Positions 10,701 through 17,516 of a DNA stretch of 64,000 nt are shown piece by piece; the stretch's first letter is position 1; the number at the start of each line of letters is the position of its first letter. The notes under the pieces are model-generated. The model was not told where the DNA came from. It was given only the letters and a program-made list of their open reading frames with translations, and made no database searches. The translations under genes and the position numbers were made by a program. Source of the stretch: a virus; the IMG/VR virus record IMGVR_UViG_3300032323_001800, positions 123,930-187,929 of that record; one strand, written 5' to 3'.

Positions 10701-13700
10701 GTAACGGGTGTGACTATTATTAGACCCGGTTCAGGATATAGCGCAGGCCCTCATATTTCTTTAGTAGATGCTAATAATACAGAAAATGCTAGATTTATAG
10801 TAAGAGTCGGCGACGGAGTACTAGATCAGCCTAGATTTACACGAAGAGGTGAAGGATACGTTACAGCCGATGCGTTAGTTGACGGTGACGGATATGCTGA
10901 CGTGGCACAGGTTGGAGGATTTGTATATATTGATAATCTAACCAACGTTCCAACTCCTGGTGCAAATATTCAGTTCGACAACAACGAGAAATTCTACAAG
11001 TTGGTAACCATTCGAGAAGTGACTGGCCCTGCTGGGGTAGTAGGAGCTAGACAGATTCTTTTAGAAAACAAAGAGTTTATCCAGTACGAAATTATCAGTT
11101 ACCTAAATAATTTTACATATGATTCTATAAAATGTAGTAGAGACGTTGGCTATATTATAGATGCGCTGGCCGACGACTATACTTACGGATCAAACGCTAG
11201 AATCTTACAGGTAGTGTCAAAATACAATCGAGGCACTTATGAAGAATTTGAAACTCAAAGAATTCAAACAGCATTTGCTATTCAGCATTTAAAGTCTGAA
11301 ATCGATTCGTTATTAAATGATTCAACTTACAGTCTAGGTGCGTCTGCAGGATTAAATCCATTGATTGAATGGATTAAAAATGAAGAAAGATTTGAAAATC
11401 TTCCAGCGATTCAAATACCTAATGGAAATTTTGATGTAGAAGACGACCGAGCAAAAAATGTTATCCTAGCCAACGAAGCGTTTATTGTAGATCAAGCTGT
11501 GAATTATTTGCTCAACAATGACTATATGGACGGCTTTGATGAAACTGTCGTTGGAGACGAGGTTAGACAGATTGTAAGAGCAACAGCATGGGATCTAGCG
11601 TTTGAAGGAAACGGCCAATCGATAGAATGGGCAAGCTCTATTTACATTGACAGTACTTTGACTATCCCGGGTTCTACAGACAGTGCTGCAGATAAAGCAG
11701 ACTTTTTATTATTGCTAACTTATCTTTCAACAATGATTGGTTCTGTAGCTAGAAATCAAATCCCAACAATCGAAGTTGGAGTAACTGAACTTCAAGTCAC
11801 TACATTACCGCCAGGAAATACTGATTCAGCAACTAGAATCGGTAACTTAATAGGCGACGTAATGTACGATATTGTTGATCTAAGCCCGGCTACTGCGATA
11901 CCTGCATCAGTGACTCCGTTAGGATCATCATTTAGTGGCTTTGGTACAAGTGTTAGAACCAGTCTGTTAAATGATAAAGCAGCTCTGCGTAGTTCGGTTA
12001 TCAGTTGGATTGATGACAATTTTGTGAATTTTACCTACGATCAAGATGTCTGCTTTAGAGATACCGGATTAATTATCCAAGCCGTTGCTGATGACATTTA
12101 CGGCGATGTTGCTAAGTCAATTGAAGCCGGTCAACGATATTATGCTGCAACCGCTGCTTTGGTATTAAGCGAACAGAAGCCGCAAACTATTGCTGCTATA
12201 AGACAAATAAATTTTATAGCTCAAAAAGTTATTAGAAATGAAACATACGTTAGAACACAGACTAATGCTCTGCAGTCAAGATTCCCAAGTATTACTACAG
12301 GAGCAGAAGCTGGTCCGCAAATCGAAGAATCAACTTTTATTATTAGCCGAATCTTAGAAAACGGCGGATCATTTAATGCTATCAAGCAATTAATGTTGGA
12401 TAATAAAGTATTCATACAGTCAGAAATTGTTGCTTATGTTTCAGCATCTTACGAAAATCTAAATTATAGTGTAGATTTATGTTTTAGAGACGTTGGTTTA
12501 ATTGTCGATGCTATTGCTTATGATATTTTTGGTGGATTCTCAAGAAGTAGAGAAGCAGGATTAAGATACTATCAAAGCGATAGTGCGATTGCTTCTATTA
12601 CAGGTGATCAAGCAGAACCAACTAGGGACGCATTAGAATATCTTGGAACTGTTATTAATTCAGTGTTGCTAGATCAAGACCCCGAAATTAGATTCCAACA
12701 AGCTGTTGAAAGATCAAGAGACTCGACTATTATATTTGATGTTGAGGACTTACAAGTAACTGTAAAAGTTACTGACTGCATAGATGAAATTTTAAACATC
12801 ATAGATAACGGTCCGGGAGCGTTACCAGAAGGTCGATACTCAGCTAGGTTCCAAATTAGTCCTCCGTTGAGCATTCTAGAAGCCCCACTACACAATTCTA
12901 ACGTTGTTGTAAGAAGCAGATATTCGCAGGTTCGACTAACTGGACATGACTTTTTAAATATTGGTACTGGTAATAAAAATGATACCAACTATCCAGGAAT
13001 TCCTCTAAACGAGCCGAATTCTGTAAGAGAAGTTGTTGAACAGGGCGGCGGCCGTGTATTCTATACATCAACAGACCAAGACGGTAACTTCCGAGTTGGT
13101 GACTTGTTCCGAGTTGAGCAATCAACTGGTATTGCTACGTTGAACGCTGATGCGTTTAACTTAAGCGGTTTGAATGAGTTGTCATTGGGAGGGGTTAGCT
13201 TAGGAGGATCAGGCGCTGTTATTAATGAATTCTCAACAGACTCGACATTCTTTGCTAATGCTGATAATATTGTTCCAACACAAAAAGCTATTAAAACTTA
13301 TATTCAGTCAGCACTAGGTTCAGGTGGTGGTAATATTGCGGTTAACGCGGTAACAGCAGGTGATACGTTTATTACTGCTAACGAAATTGACACCATTGGC
13401 GGACTACAATTAAGATTGTTATCATCGTTAGGTGTATTCATAGCTTCTAGCGAATTTTCAACTAATACAACTACTGGTGCGTTAATTGTAGGTGGCGGCG
13501 TTGGTATAGCAGGAAACTTAAATGTAGGTGGCACAGCAGCATTTGATGGTAATTTAACTGTTAATAGCAGCGGATTTGTAAAAATAGCCACAGGTAATAC
13601 CTCCCAACGAGTTGTTTCGACCGCGGGCGCATTTAGATTTAATACAGATACTGCTAGATTTGAGGGATATAATGGAACTCAATGGGCTGATGTGGGAGGA

Positions 13701-13994
13701 GCTAATCCGTATCTTGATAGGGCTGCTCCGTACGCGGCAGTTGCTGGGGATCGATTGTTTGTAAATACAAGCTCTGGATCAGTTACAGTCACACTACCAG
13801 CAAATCCAGCAATTGGGGACACTGTTAAGTTTATTGACGGCTCTGGAACGTTTGATATTAACGCTCTGGTAATTAATAGAAACGGCAAAGTTATTATGGG
13901 CGACGCAGATAATATGACAGTAAATACAAAGAACGCAGCATTTACTCTTGTATTTTATAACAATACATACGGATGGAGGCTAGGAGAAGCATAA
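4725..13994 (+). CDS. Giant (3089 aa) multi-repeat virion appendage/tail fibre protein
   Basis: Seven N-terminal W..Y..GD.V.YGG..Y.C repeats, three ~65-aa beta domains, beta-helix module shared with ORF 1-3966, FCCH-like domain, ~13 G-S-G-Y repeats, six helical C-x-R-D-V-G repeats, RFNT...FEGYNG..W motif and a C-terminal T4 gp34-like module. Confidence 0.8.
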   Translation: MAEFKLGRLRFVWKGSWVTGTTYVKDDIVKYGGTTYVCVSGHNANVNFDVDLTSSRWEKQTGGQEWKTAPWTISTIYKEGDLVKYGGRVYICTDNHTASATVAGGFYLDETANRWDLFSDGSEWVGNWQVSEYYRIGDIVKYNGISYICVAPHTSAATITLGLEADYADDSTTKWEKYVEGFKYRGEWNGSSDPLSRTSTRYIVNDVVKFGASLYICVEAHTSNATAFEELKWDLFVAGLEYEDTWSALTEYQTGDIVSYGGYAYVAVRRNTSQIPPTATSDWDLLTTGFNNRARYVSSQSYKVGDLVQYGGNVFVASVEITSNETPYSANAKWSKIIDGFRWNNDWDSAFAETKYKIGDVVKYASSTYICIDEHIPADETVITITNTTTGTNHITTSDNTSTLNPGQPVSFSGTAFGGINATIEYYVKTVVNGTTFTISEIKSGPTKVLSTASGSLAMSYSNRPDTDNGDFWNSLAEGDANNVLTRRGDLVTRNAIQNVKLAKGAEGTVLKAGARDLQWGKVGDLTRIFYVSIDGQDGVGRGTTWDDPWRTVKYACEFVQAQGFNTRDTPVTINIKAGVYQEIFPISIPKYTSLVGDELRMSIIEPTAATSGNDKFYMRDSTTVRNFTFRGATGANLPDGTTDTFTEPNQYLTRRPTGGPWCSLDPGTGPNDESVWVGERSPYIQNVTTFGDYAVGQKIDGALHNGGNKSITSNDFTQVMSDSIGAWCTNQGRAELVSVFTYYGYIGYLCENGGVIRATNGNCSYGSFGAVSEGVDPTEISRTATVDNRRLNATVDRVQTDGNQILYVEYSNAGEEYTTATYGFTGTGIFDSVTSIPDIVDGGVCEVRIVDDGNDYLSVQGNAQAGTNIDIRLAAADTTITNGYIGERIILIDGQGVGQYGYITSFDGGSKLATVARDTFDTLTITNTTSSTNVVTVADTTSLFADMPFTVTGTAFGGLDVGIQYYVKAVVNSATFTVYTNTSTKAAITLSTSSGLLTLHQSGWDVFIKDISASIQTISKANPVVVTTTVAHELSTGMLVSISGVTGMTEVNGNSYYITKTGPTTFALYTNFSRTSTLDGTGFTTYVSGGTAVGEQAIWEFLNTTTRYVIEPRIVFSTGQGASATAVQTPGINEIAVSTGGGGFTVPPTVIISGDGTPTGGTGATATAAISGEIESIVVSNVGSGYTSAPTLRFVGGGLANNSTNHAEATVSITNTIKTVEVTDGGLGYTSPPSVLVTGTGGSGAILSAQISQVVGSINIGGGGGSNYTSPPTVTITGGEPLIFAEARAVLSASVTTITMQEGGSGYNPSTTSVTLFSTAGFGAAAEAIIDNGLWVDGVTPGIVTGINVTASGSGYSVPPIVIINGVGSDAAATANISGSVASIEVINPGRGYQSVPNVAISGGNGAGATGTASLTGAVFSLTVIDGGRGWIGTPSIAFSGGGGVNAAANVTAMDSVLGTVVITDPGSGYTSNPAVSLVGGGGTGGILRTRINGIISTITVTDSGGSYSSSPQITFVGGNKFKSSFAGLRYFANSSGRVAIGITQSLQTLAAIEQIRITSRAVIANTAPATVYQTAVARVTAGGGFVTPTGIQAAVDIWVRSVYYTIENGENHTDPASLLRLNREFIRKELMEFWDANYPTIATSVWSRDVGLIVDAIASDISTRGVENSLNAAISQAFLGTARTNGGNLAAAQAGIDYIIELADDIIQNSIIQPSGSTLLTVIPVTATQITTNQITVGDTSTLSENQPILFLGTVFGGLVANTRYYVKTIVNSTTIIVSSTIGGNAVTLTTASGTCSLSQQVTDEELLLSDGADVAVANCLGLIRFIVSTAANGVANASTWTTAANLLLSNKDFIRAEVITFINATYIDFDYNQVLCARDVGLIIDAVTYDLVKAVSNIPVVTSTTTGVISSITVNNGGLGYSYGMTVSVAVGSSTVRATAVPIIDEITGAITSFRMTNKGKGYTTVPSVTLTPDTGTGAFARALVIGSQVTGVTIIRPGSGYSAGPHISLVDANNTENARFIVRVGDGVLDQPRFTRRGEGYVTADALVDGDGYADVAQVGGFVYIDNLTNVPTPGANIQFDNNEKFYKLVTIREVTGPAGVVGARQILLENKEFIQYEIISYLNNFTYDSIKCSRDVGYIIDALADDYTYGSNARILQVVSKYNRGTYEEFETQRIQTAFAIQHLKSEIDSLLNDSTYSLGASAGLNPLIEWIKNEERFENLPAIQIPNGNFDVEDDRAKNVILANEAFIVDQAVNYLLNNDYMDGFDETVVGDEVRQIVRATAWDLAFEGNGQSIEWASSIYIDSTLTIPGSTDSAADKADFLLLLTYLSTMIGSVARNQIPTIEVGVTELQVTTLPPGNTDSATRIGNLIGDVMYDIVDLSPATAIPASVTPLGSSFSGFGTSVRTSLLNDKAALRSSVISWIDDNFVNFTYDQDVCFRDTGLIIQAVADDIYGDVAKSIEAGQRYYAATAALVLSEQKPQTIAAIRQINFIAQKVIRNETYVRTQTNALQSRFPSITTGAEAGPQIEESTFIISRILENGGSFNAIKQLMLDNKVFIQSEIVAYVSASYENLNYSVDLCFRDVGLIVDAIAYDIFGGFSRSREAGLRYYQSDSAIASITGDQAEPTRDALEYLGTVINSVLLDQDPEIRFQQAVERSRDSTIIFDVEDLQVTVKVTDCIDEILNIIDNGPGALPEGRYSARFQISPPLSILEAPLHNSNVVVRSRYSQVRLTGHDFLNIGTGNKNDTNYPGIPLNEPNSVREVVEQGGGRVFYTSTDQDGNFRVGDLFRVEQSTGIATLNADAFNLSGLNELSLGGVSLGGSGAVINEFSTDSTFFANADNIVPTQKAIKTYIQSALGSGGGNIAVNAVTAGDTFITANEIDTIGGLQLRLLSSLGVFIASSEFSTNTTTGALIVGGGVGIAGNLNVGGTAAFDGNLTVNSSGFVKIATGNTSQRVVSTAGAFRFNTDTARFEGYNGTQWADVGGANPYLDRAAPYAAVAGDRLFVNTSSGSVTVTLPANPAIGDTVKFIDGSGTFDINALVINRNGKVIMGDADNMTVNTKNAAFTLVFYNNTYGWRLGEA
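4758..5850 (+). repeat. Seven ~50-aa aromatic repeats resembling CBM5/12 (chitin-binding type 3) modules
   Basis: e.g. WVTGTTYVKDDIVKYGGTTYVC, WQVSEYYRIGDIVKYNGISYIC, WSALTEYQTGDIVSYGGYAYV; repeats are at protein level, DNA is diverged. Boundaries approximate. Confidence 0.6.
8115..9290 (+). repeat. Ten tandem ~38-aa I-x-V-x-x-x-G-x-G-Y-x-x-x-P-x-V repeats (three more at ~10455-10780)
   Basis: e.g. IESIVVSNVGSGYTSAPTL, VASIEVINPGRGYQSVPNV, LGTVVITDPGSGYTSNPAV. Boundaries approximate. Confidence 0.75.
9582..12700 (+). repeat. Six dispersed alpha-helical repeats L-x-x-N-x-x-F-I...C-x-R-D-V-G-x-I-x-D-A (phycobiliprotein/globin-like)
   Basis: CARDVGLIIDAVTYDL (Cys codon 10359), CSRDVGYIIDALADDY (11133), CFRDTGLIIQAVADDI (12051), CFRDVGLIVDAIAYDI (12480); Cys-less copies WSRDVGLIVDAIASDI (9666) and LANEAFIVDQAVNYLL...VGDEVRQIVRATAWDL (~11460-11600). 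Confidence 0.7.
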
Positions 13995-15592
13995 TGGGTG
14001 ATTATTCGAAATACAAATATGTTAATACCACGTTTGGTGGTACAGGCGGAGTAGTAGTTCCTAACGGAACTACCGCCGAACGAGATACTGGAGTTGTCGT
14101 AGGCACAATACGATACAACACAGATTTAGGTCTTATAGAGCAATATAATGCTATTGGTTGGCAGTCTGTAGATGCTCCTCCTACTATATCAAACATCACT
14201 GGACTAATTAACGAAAATACTGGTAGTACAATCACTGTCAGTGGCGCTAATTTTAAAACTGGAGCTATAATTGCCATAGAAGGAGCTGCGGTTAGCGGAA
14301 TATCAAGACCGTTATCAACAACTTTTGTTAGTACCACCACCTTAACTGCACCTACTAATGCTGCCGCAGTTAATTTTATAGGAGGTGCAAGCTTTGATGT
14401 TAAAGTTACTAATCCGTCAGGATTATCAACTTCATTATCCCCAGCAGGAAATATTGATAGAGATCCAATATGGACGACTGCTGCAGGAACTTATACGGTA
14501 TTTGACGGTTCAAGGGCAACACCTTTAACTTTCGCTGCAAATGACCCCGATGGTGGCACTGTTACATTTTCTTTATTTTCTGGATCTTTGCCATCGGGCG
14601 CAACTTTAAATACCTCGACCGGGGTTATTTCGGGATTTAACGCAGTAGTATCAGATACATCTTCAGCTTTTACACTAAGAGCGACATCATCAGTGGGCAG
14701 TCAAACAGCTGATAGAACATTTACAATATTAGTTAGAGCTCCGATAGTACAACAATTTACTGCGACTGGTGCTACAACATTCTCAGTTCCGGTAGGAGTT
14801 ACTAACTTAGATGTGTTAGTAGTTGCTGGAGGCGGAACCGGCGGATGCCAACACGGTGGTGGCGGTGGTGCAGGCGGTTTAATTTTCCGTCCAGCATTAC
14901 CGGTAACTCCGGGAAGTACAATACCAGTAACAGTAGGCGCAGGCGGCACAGGCATGCCAGGTGGTCCTAGTTTAGGTTATTGGAGTCCGGCAGGAACTGG
15001 ACAAGATTCAGTCTTCGGTTCTTTAACAGCCAAAGGAGGCGGTATCGGTCCTAGTCACCAATCTGTTGCTTCTGGATTACCGGGACAGCCAGGTGGCTGT
15101 GGTGGTGGTGGAAACTCAGAGCCAGGGGGAAATCCCCCTGGAGGTACTGGAACACAGCCATCACAACCAGGAGAGTCCGGCACATTTGGTTTTGGATTTC
15201 CTGGAGGCAACGGGCTAAACGGTCCAGGACACGGTAACTGGGTAGGTGGTGGCGGTGGTGGTGCTGGTGCTGCCGGCCAAGGAGCACCCGGCCCGCATGG
15301 TGGTAACGGGGGTGTAGGACGAGCTTACAGCATTTCTGGATCATCAGTGTTTTACGGTGGTGGCGGTGGCGGCGCACAGCATGGTGGCGCCGTATCGGGA
15401 TCACAAGCTCTTGGCGGCAACGGTGGCGGCGGTGAGGGCAATCGAACAGGACATAACAGCACCAATAACTTTCCTGGACCTCGCGGCGCAGGTGGAGTAG
15501 CGAATAGAGGAGGCGGCGCAGGCGGTTCTGCTTCGGGCGGAGTAACAATTACACAGCCCGGGGGCAGCGGAATCGTAATAGTTAGATACTAA
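13994..15592 (+). CDS. Tail fibre-like protein with Ig-like (IPT/He_PIG-like) domains and C-terminal glycine-rich domain
   Basis: Likely start is ATG 13994 (TAATG overlap with the upstream stop, AGGAG SD). N-terminal GTIRYNTDLGLIEQY motif, LPSGATLNTSTGVISG Ig-like motif, and DVLVVAGGG...GGGGGAGG...GGSGIVIVRY glycine-rich domain. Confidence 0.7.
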   Translation: MGDYSKYKYVNTTFGGTGGVVVPNGTTAERDTGVVVGTIRYNTDLGLIEQYNAIGWQSVDAPPTISNITGLINENTGSTITVSGANFKTGAIIAIEGAAVSGISRPLSTTFVSTTTLTAPTNAAAVNFIGGASFDVKVTNPSGLSTSLSPAGNIDRDPIWTTAAGTYTVFDGSRATPLTFAANDPDGGTVTFSLFSGSLPSGATLNTSTGVISGFNAVVSDTSSAFTLRATSSVGSQTADRTFTILVRAPIVQQFTATGATTFSVPVGVTNLDVLVVAGGGTGGCQHGGGGGAGGLIFRPALPVTPGSTIPVTVGAGGTGMPGGPSLGYWSPAGTGQDSVFGSLTAKGGGIGPSHQSVASGLPGQPGGCGGGGNSEPGGNPPGGTGTQPSQPGESGTFGFGFPGGNGLNGPGHGNWVGGGGGGAGAAGQGAPGPHGGNGGVGRAYSISGSSVFYGGGGGGAQHGGAVSGSQALGGNGGGGEGNRTGHNSTNNFPGPRGAGGVANRGGGAGGSASGGVTITQPGGSGIVIVRY

Positions 15593-15610
15593 TACCTGTT
15601 ATATACTCAG

Positions 15611-15634
15611 AACCAGCCCCCGGGCTGGTTTCTT
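15611..15634 (+). terminator. Probable intrinsic terminator hairpin
   Basis: AACCAGCCC-CC-GGGCTGGTT inverted repeat followed by TCTT, directly after the fibre genes. Confidence 0.55.
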
Positions 15635-15639
15635 ATGAT

Positions 15640-15645
15640 TAAATA
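15640..15645 (+). promoter_or_regulatory. TAAATA-N5-ATG late-type promoter (putatively leaderless) for the halogenase operon
   Basis: TAAATA ttcat ATG(15651); no SD. Confidence 0.6.
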
Positions 15646-15650
15646 TTCAT

Positions 15651-17117
15651 ATGAAAAATGTAAAATCTATTATTATTTTGGGTGGCGGAACTGCTGGATA
15701 TGTAACCGCACTTATACTAAAACAAAAATTTGGGGTCAATATCGATATAACGATAATTTATTCAAGTAAAATTGGAATTATTGGAGTCGGTGAAGGATCT
15801 ACTGAACACTGGGCAGATTTTTTAAAATTTGTAGAAATTGATCACGCAGATGTAATAAAAAATTGTGATGCTACGATCAAATGCGGAATAATGTTTAAAG
15901 ATTGGGGAGATCAAGATTATCTACACAATGTTTCCCCACCGTACGATCAATCATGGGGACAAACCAGAATAGGTTATTTAAAATTAATTGCCGAAGGAGC
16001 CAAGCCATTTGACATAGTCCAAAAAGAAATGTTAGAAAATAAAGTTCCAAAAAGACATGCTATCGAAAGAACCTCTCCAGTTAATCAGTATCATTTTAAT
16101 ACATTTAAACTTAACGAGTTTCTAACAAACAAAGCCAAAGAACGAGATATTACAGTAATCGATGACGACATATTAGATTCAACTTTAAATGAGCAAGGAG
16201 AAATCGATTGTTTAATCGGTGAAAAAGCCAAATATCATGCTGACTTTTTCATCGACAGCACTGGATTTAAAAAGCTGTTAATTTCTAAATTAGGGGCTAA
16301 ATGGCAATCATATAAAGAATTTTTAAAACCAAAAGCAGCAATGGTGTTCCCCACAGGTGACACAGAAAATTACAACTGCTACACTACTGCGACTGCTATG
16401 AAATACGGATGGAGATTTAATATTCCAGTGTTTGGTCGTCATGGCAACGGATACATTTATGATAGTGATTACGTTACAGCAGATCAAGCACATCAAGAGC
16501 TAGAAAGAGATTTTGGTAGAAAAATTGATATCGCCAAACACATCACTTTTGATCCTGGGGCATTAGATCGTCCTTGGATCAAAAACTGTATGGCTGTAGG
16601 TCTTGCTGCTAATTTTATAGAACCTCTCGAGGCTAGCTCGATAGGATCATCTATACAGCAGGCCTATTTACTGATGCACAATTTACCTAACTACAATGAC
16701 AAAACTATAGAGTTTGTTAATAGACAAATTAATTCTATTACAGATAACATACGTGACTTTGTTGCCCTACATTATATGACAACTAGGTCCGATACTGATT
16801 TTTGGAAAGATTTAAAATCCATGCCAGTTCCTGAGTCACTGTCTAACAAATTAGAACTATGGAAAACTCGACTGCCTATCGAAGATGACTTTACCGATAG
16901 TTCGAACTATATCATGTTCTACGAAAGAAATTTTATAATGGTAATGCATGGACTGGGGTTAATTGATCAAGAAGCAATACGCAAGGAATATGCTTCATTA
17001 AATAATTATCATAAAGATGCTATAACTAAGCTTCTGGAACAAGAAAAAATAAGATATAAAAACGAAAGTTTTTTAACACATAAACAATATTTAGAATTAA
17101 TTAGAGCAACCAGATAA
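15651..17117 (+). CDS. Flavin-dependent halogenase (tryptophan halogenase/PrnA family)
   Basis: GGGTAG FAD motif, IGVGEGST, DATIKCGIMFKDW (catalytic Lys position), FFIDSTGF, GWRFNIP (WxWxIP variant), FIEPLEASSI. Confidence 0.88.
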   Translation: MKNVKSIIILGGGTAGYVTALILKQKFGVNIDITIIYSSKIGIIGVGEGSTEHWADFLKFVEIDHADVIKNCDATIKCGIMFKDWGDQDYLHNVSPPYDQSWGQTRIGYLKLIAEGAKPFDIVQKEMLENKVPKRHAIERTSPVNQYHFNTFKLNEFLTNKAKERDITVIDDDILDSTLNEQGEIDCLIGEKAKYHADFFIDSTGFKKLLISKLGAKWQSYKEFLKPKAAMVFPTGDTENYNCYTTATAMKYGWRFNIPVFGRHGNGYIYDSDYVTADQAHQELERDFGRKIDIAKHITFDPGALDRPWIKNCMAVGLAANFIEPLEASSIGSSIQQAYLLMHNLPNYNDKTIEFVNRQINSITDNIRDFVALHYMTTRSDTDFWKDLKSMPVPESLSNKLELWKTRLPIEDDFTDSSNYIMFYERNFIMVMHGLGLIDQEAIRKEYASLNNYHKDAITKLLEQEKIRYKNESFLTHKQYLELIRATR

Positions 17118-17127
17118 GGAGAAAGTA

Positions 17128-17514
17128 ATGAGTGGTTTAGCAAAATCAAGTGTAACAGGTGAAGATATAACTCCCGGATACGATTATGGATCTATATCTG
17201 ATAGGGATAAACAATTGCTTGGTGAGATCATTAATATTTTAAAAAATAGAAAAGATGTGCCGACCGATTTAGTAGCAGAAGAAATTAAAGGCATTTTTGG
17301 AATGGAGGATATTCCAATGATGAATGTCGAAGAAACTTTGTGGTATCAATTAACTAAAGATGAACCATTAGGTCAAAATATACAAGGTTTTAGAATCTCT
17401 CTCGACGAACAAAAAAATAAAATTAAAGTTCCATTTATTGCTTTTCAAGCAGACTTAGATTTTTTAGACGGATTTATTAATCGCTTGGTTCAAAAAGTTA
17501 ATAATTTAAAATAA
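17128..17514 (+). CDS. Hypothetical protein
   Basis: 128-aa ORF with AAGGAG SD, inside the halogenase operon. Confidence 0.65.
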   Translation: MSGLAKSSVTGEDITPGYDYGSISDRDKQLLGEIINILKNRKDVPTDLVAEEIKGIFGMEDIPMMNVEETLWYQLTKDEPLGQNIQGFRISLDEQKNKIKVPFIAFQADLDFLDGFINRLVQKVNNLK

Positions 17515-17516
17515 GC

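Noticed and set aside
15051-15548. 165-aa minus-strand ORF rich in H/R (and other antisense or alternate-frame ORFs such as 8906-9226, 14002-14340, 32719-33096, 33078-33548, 40094-40489)
   Set aside because: These are shadows of well-supported genes. Gly/Thr/Ala-rich coding with T/A third positions suppresses antisense stops, and they have no SD, promoter or motif support.
1-15592. Diversity-generating retroelement targeting the fibre genes
   Set aside because: No reverse transcriptase and no near-identical template/variable repeat pair differing at adenines was seen; the repeats are old protein-level duplications. A partner outside the window cannot be excluded.
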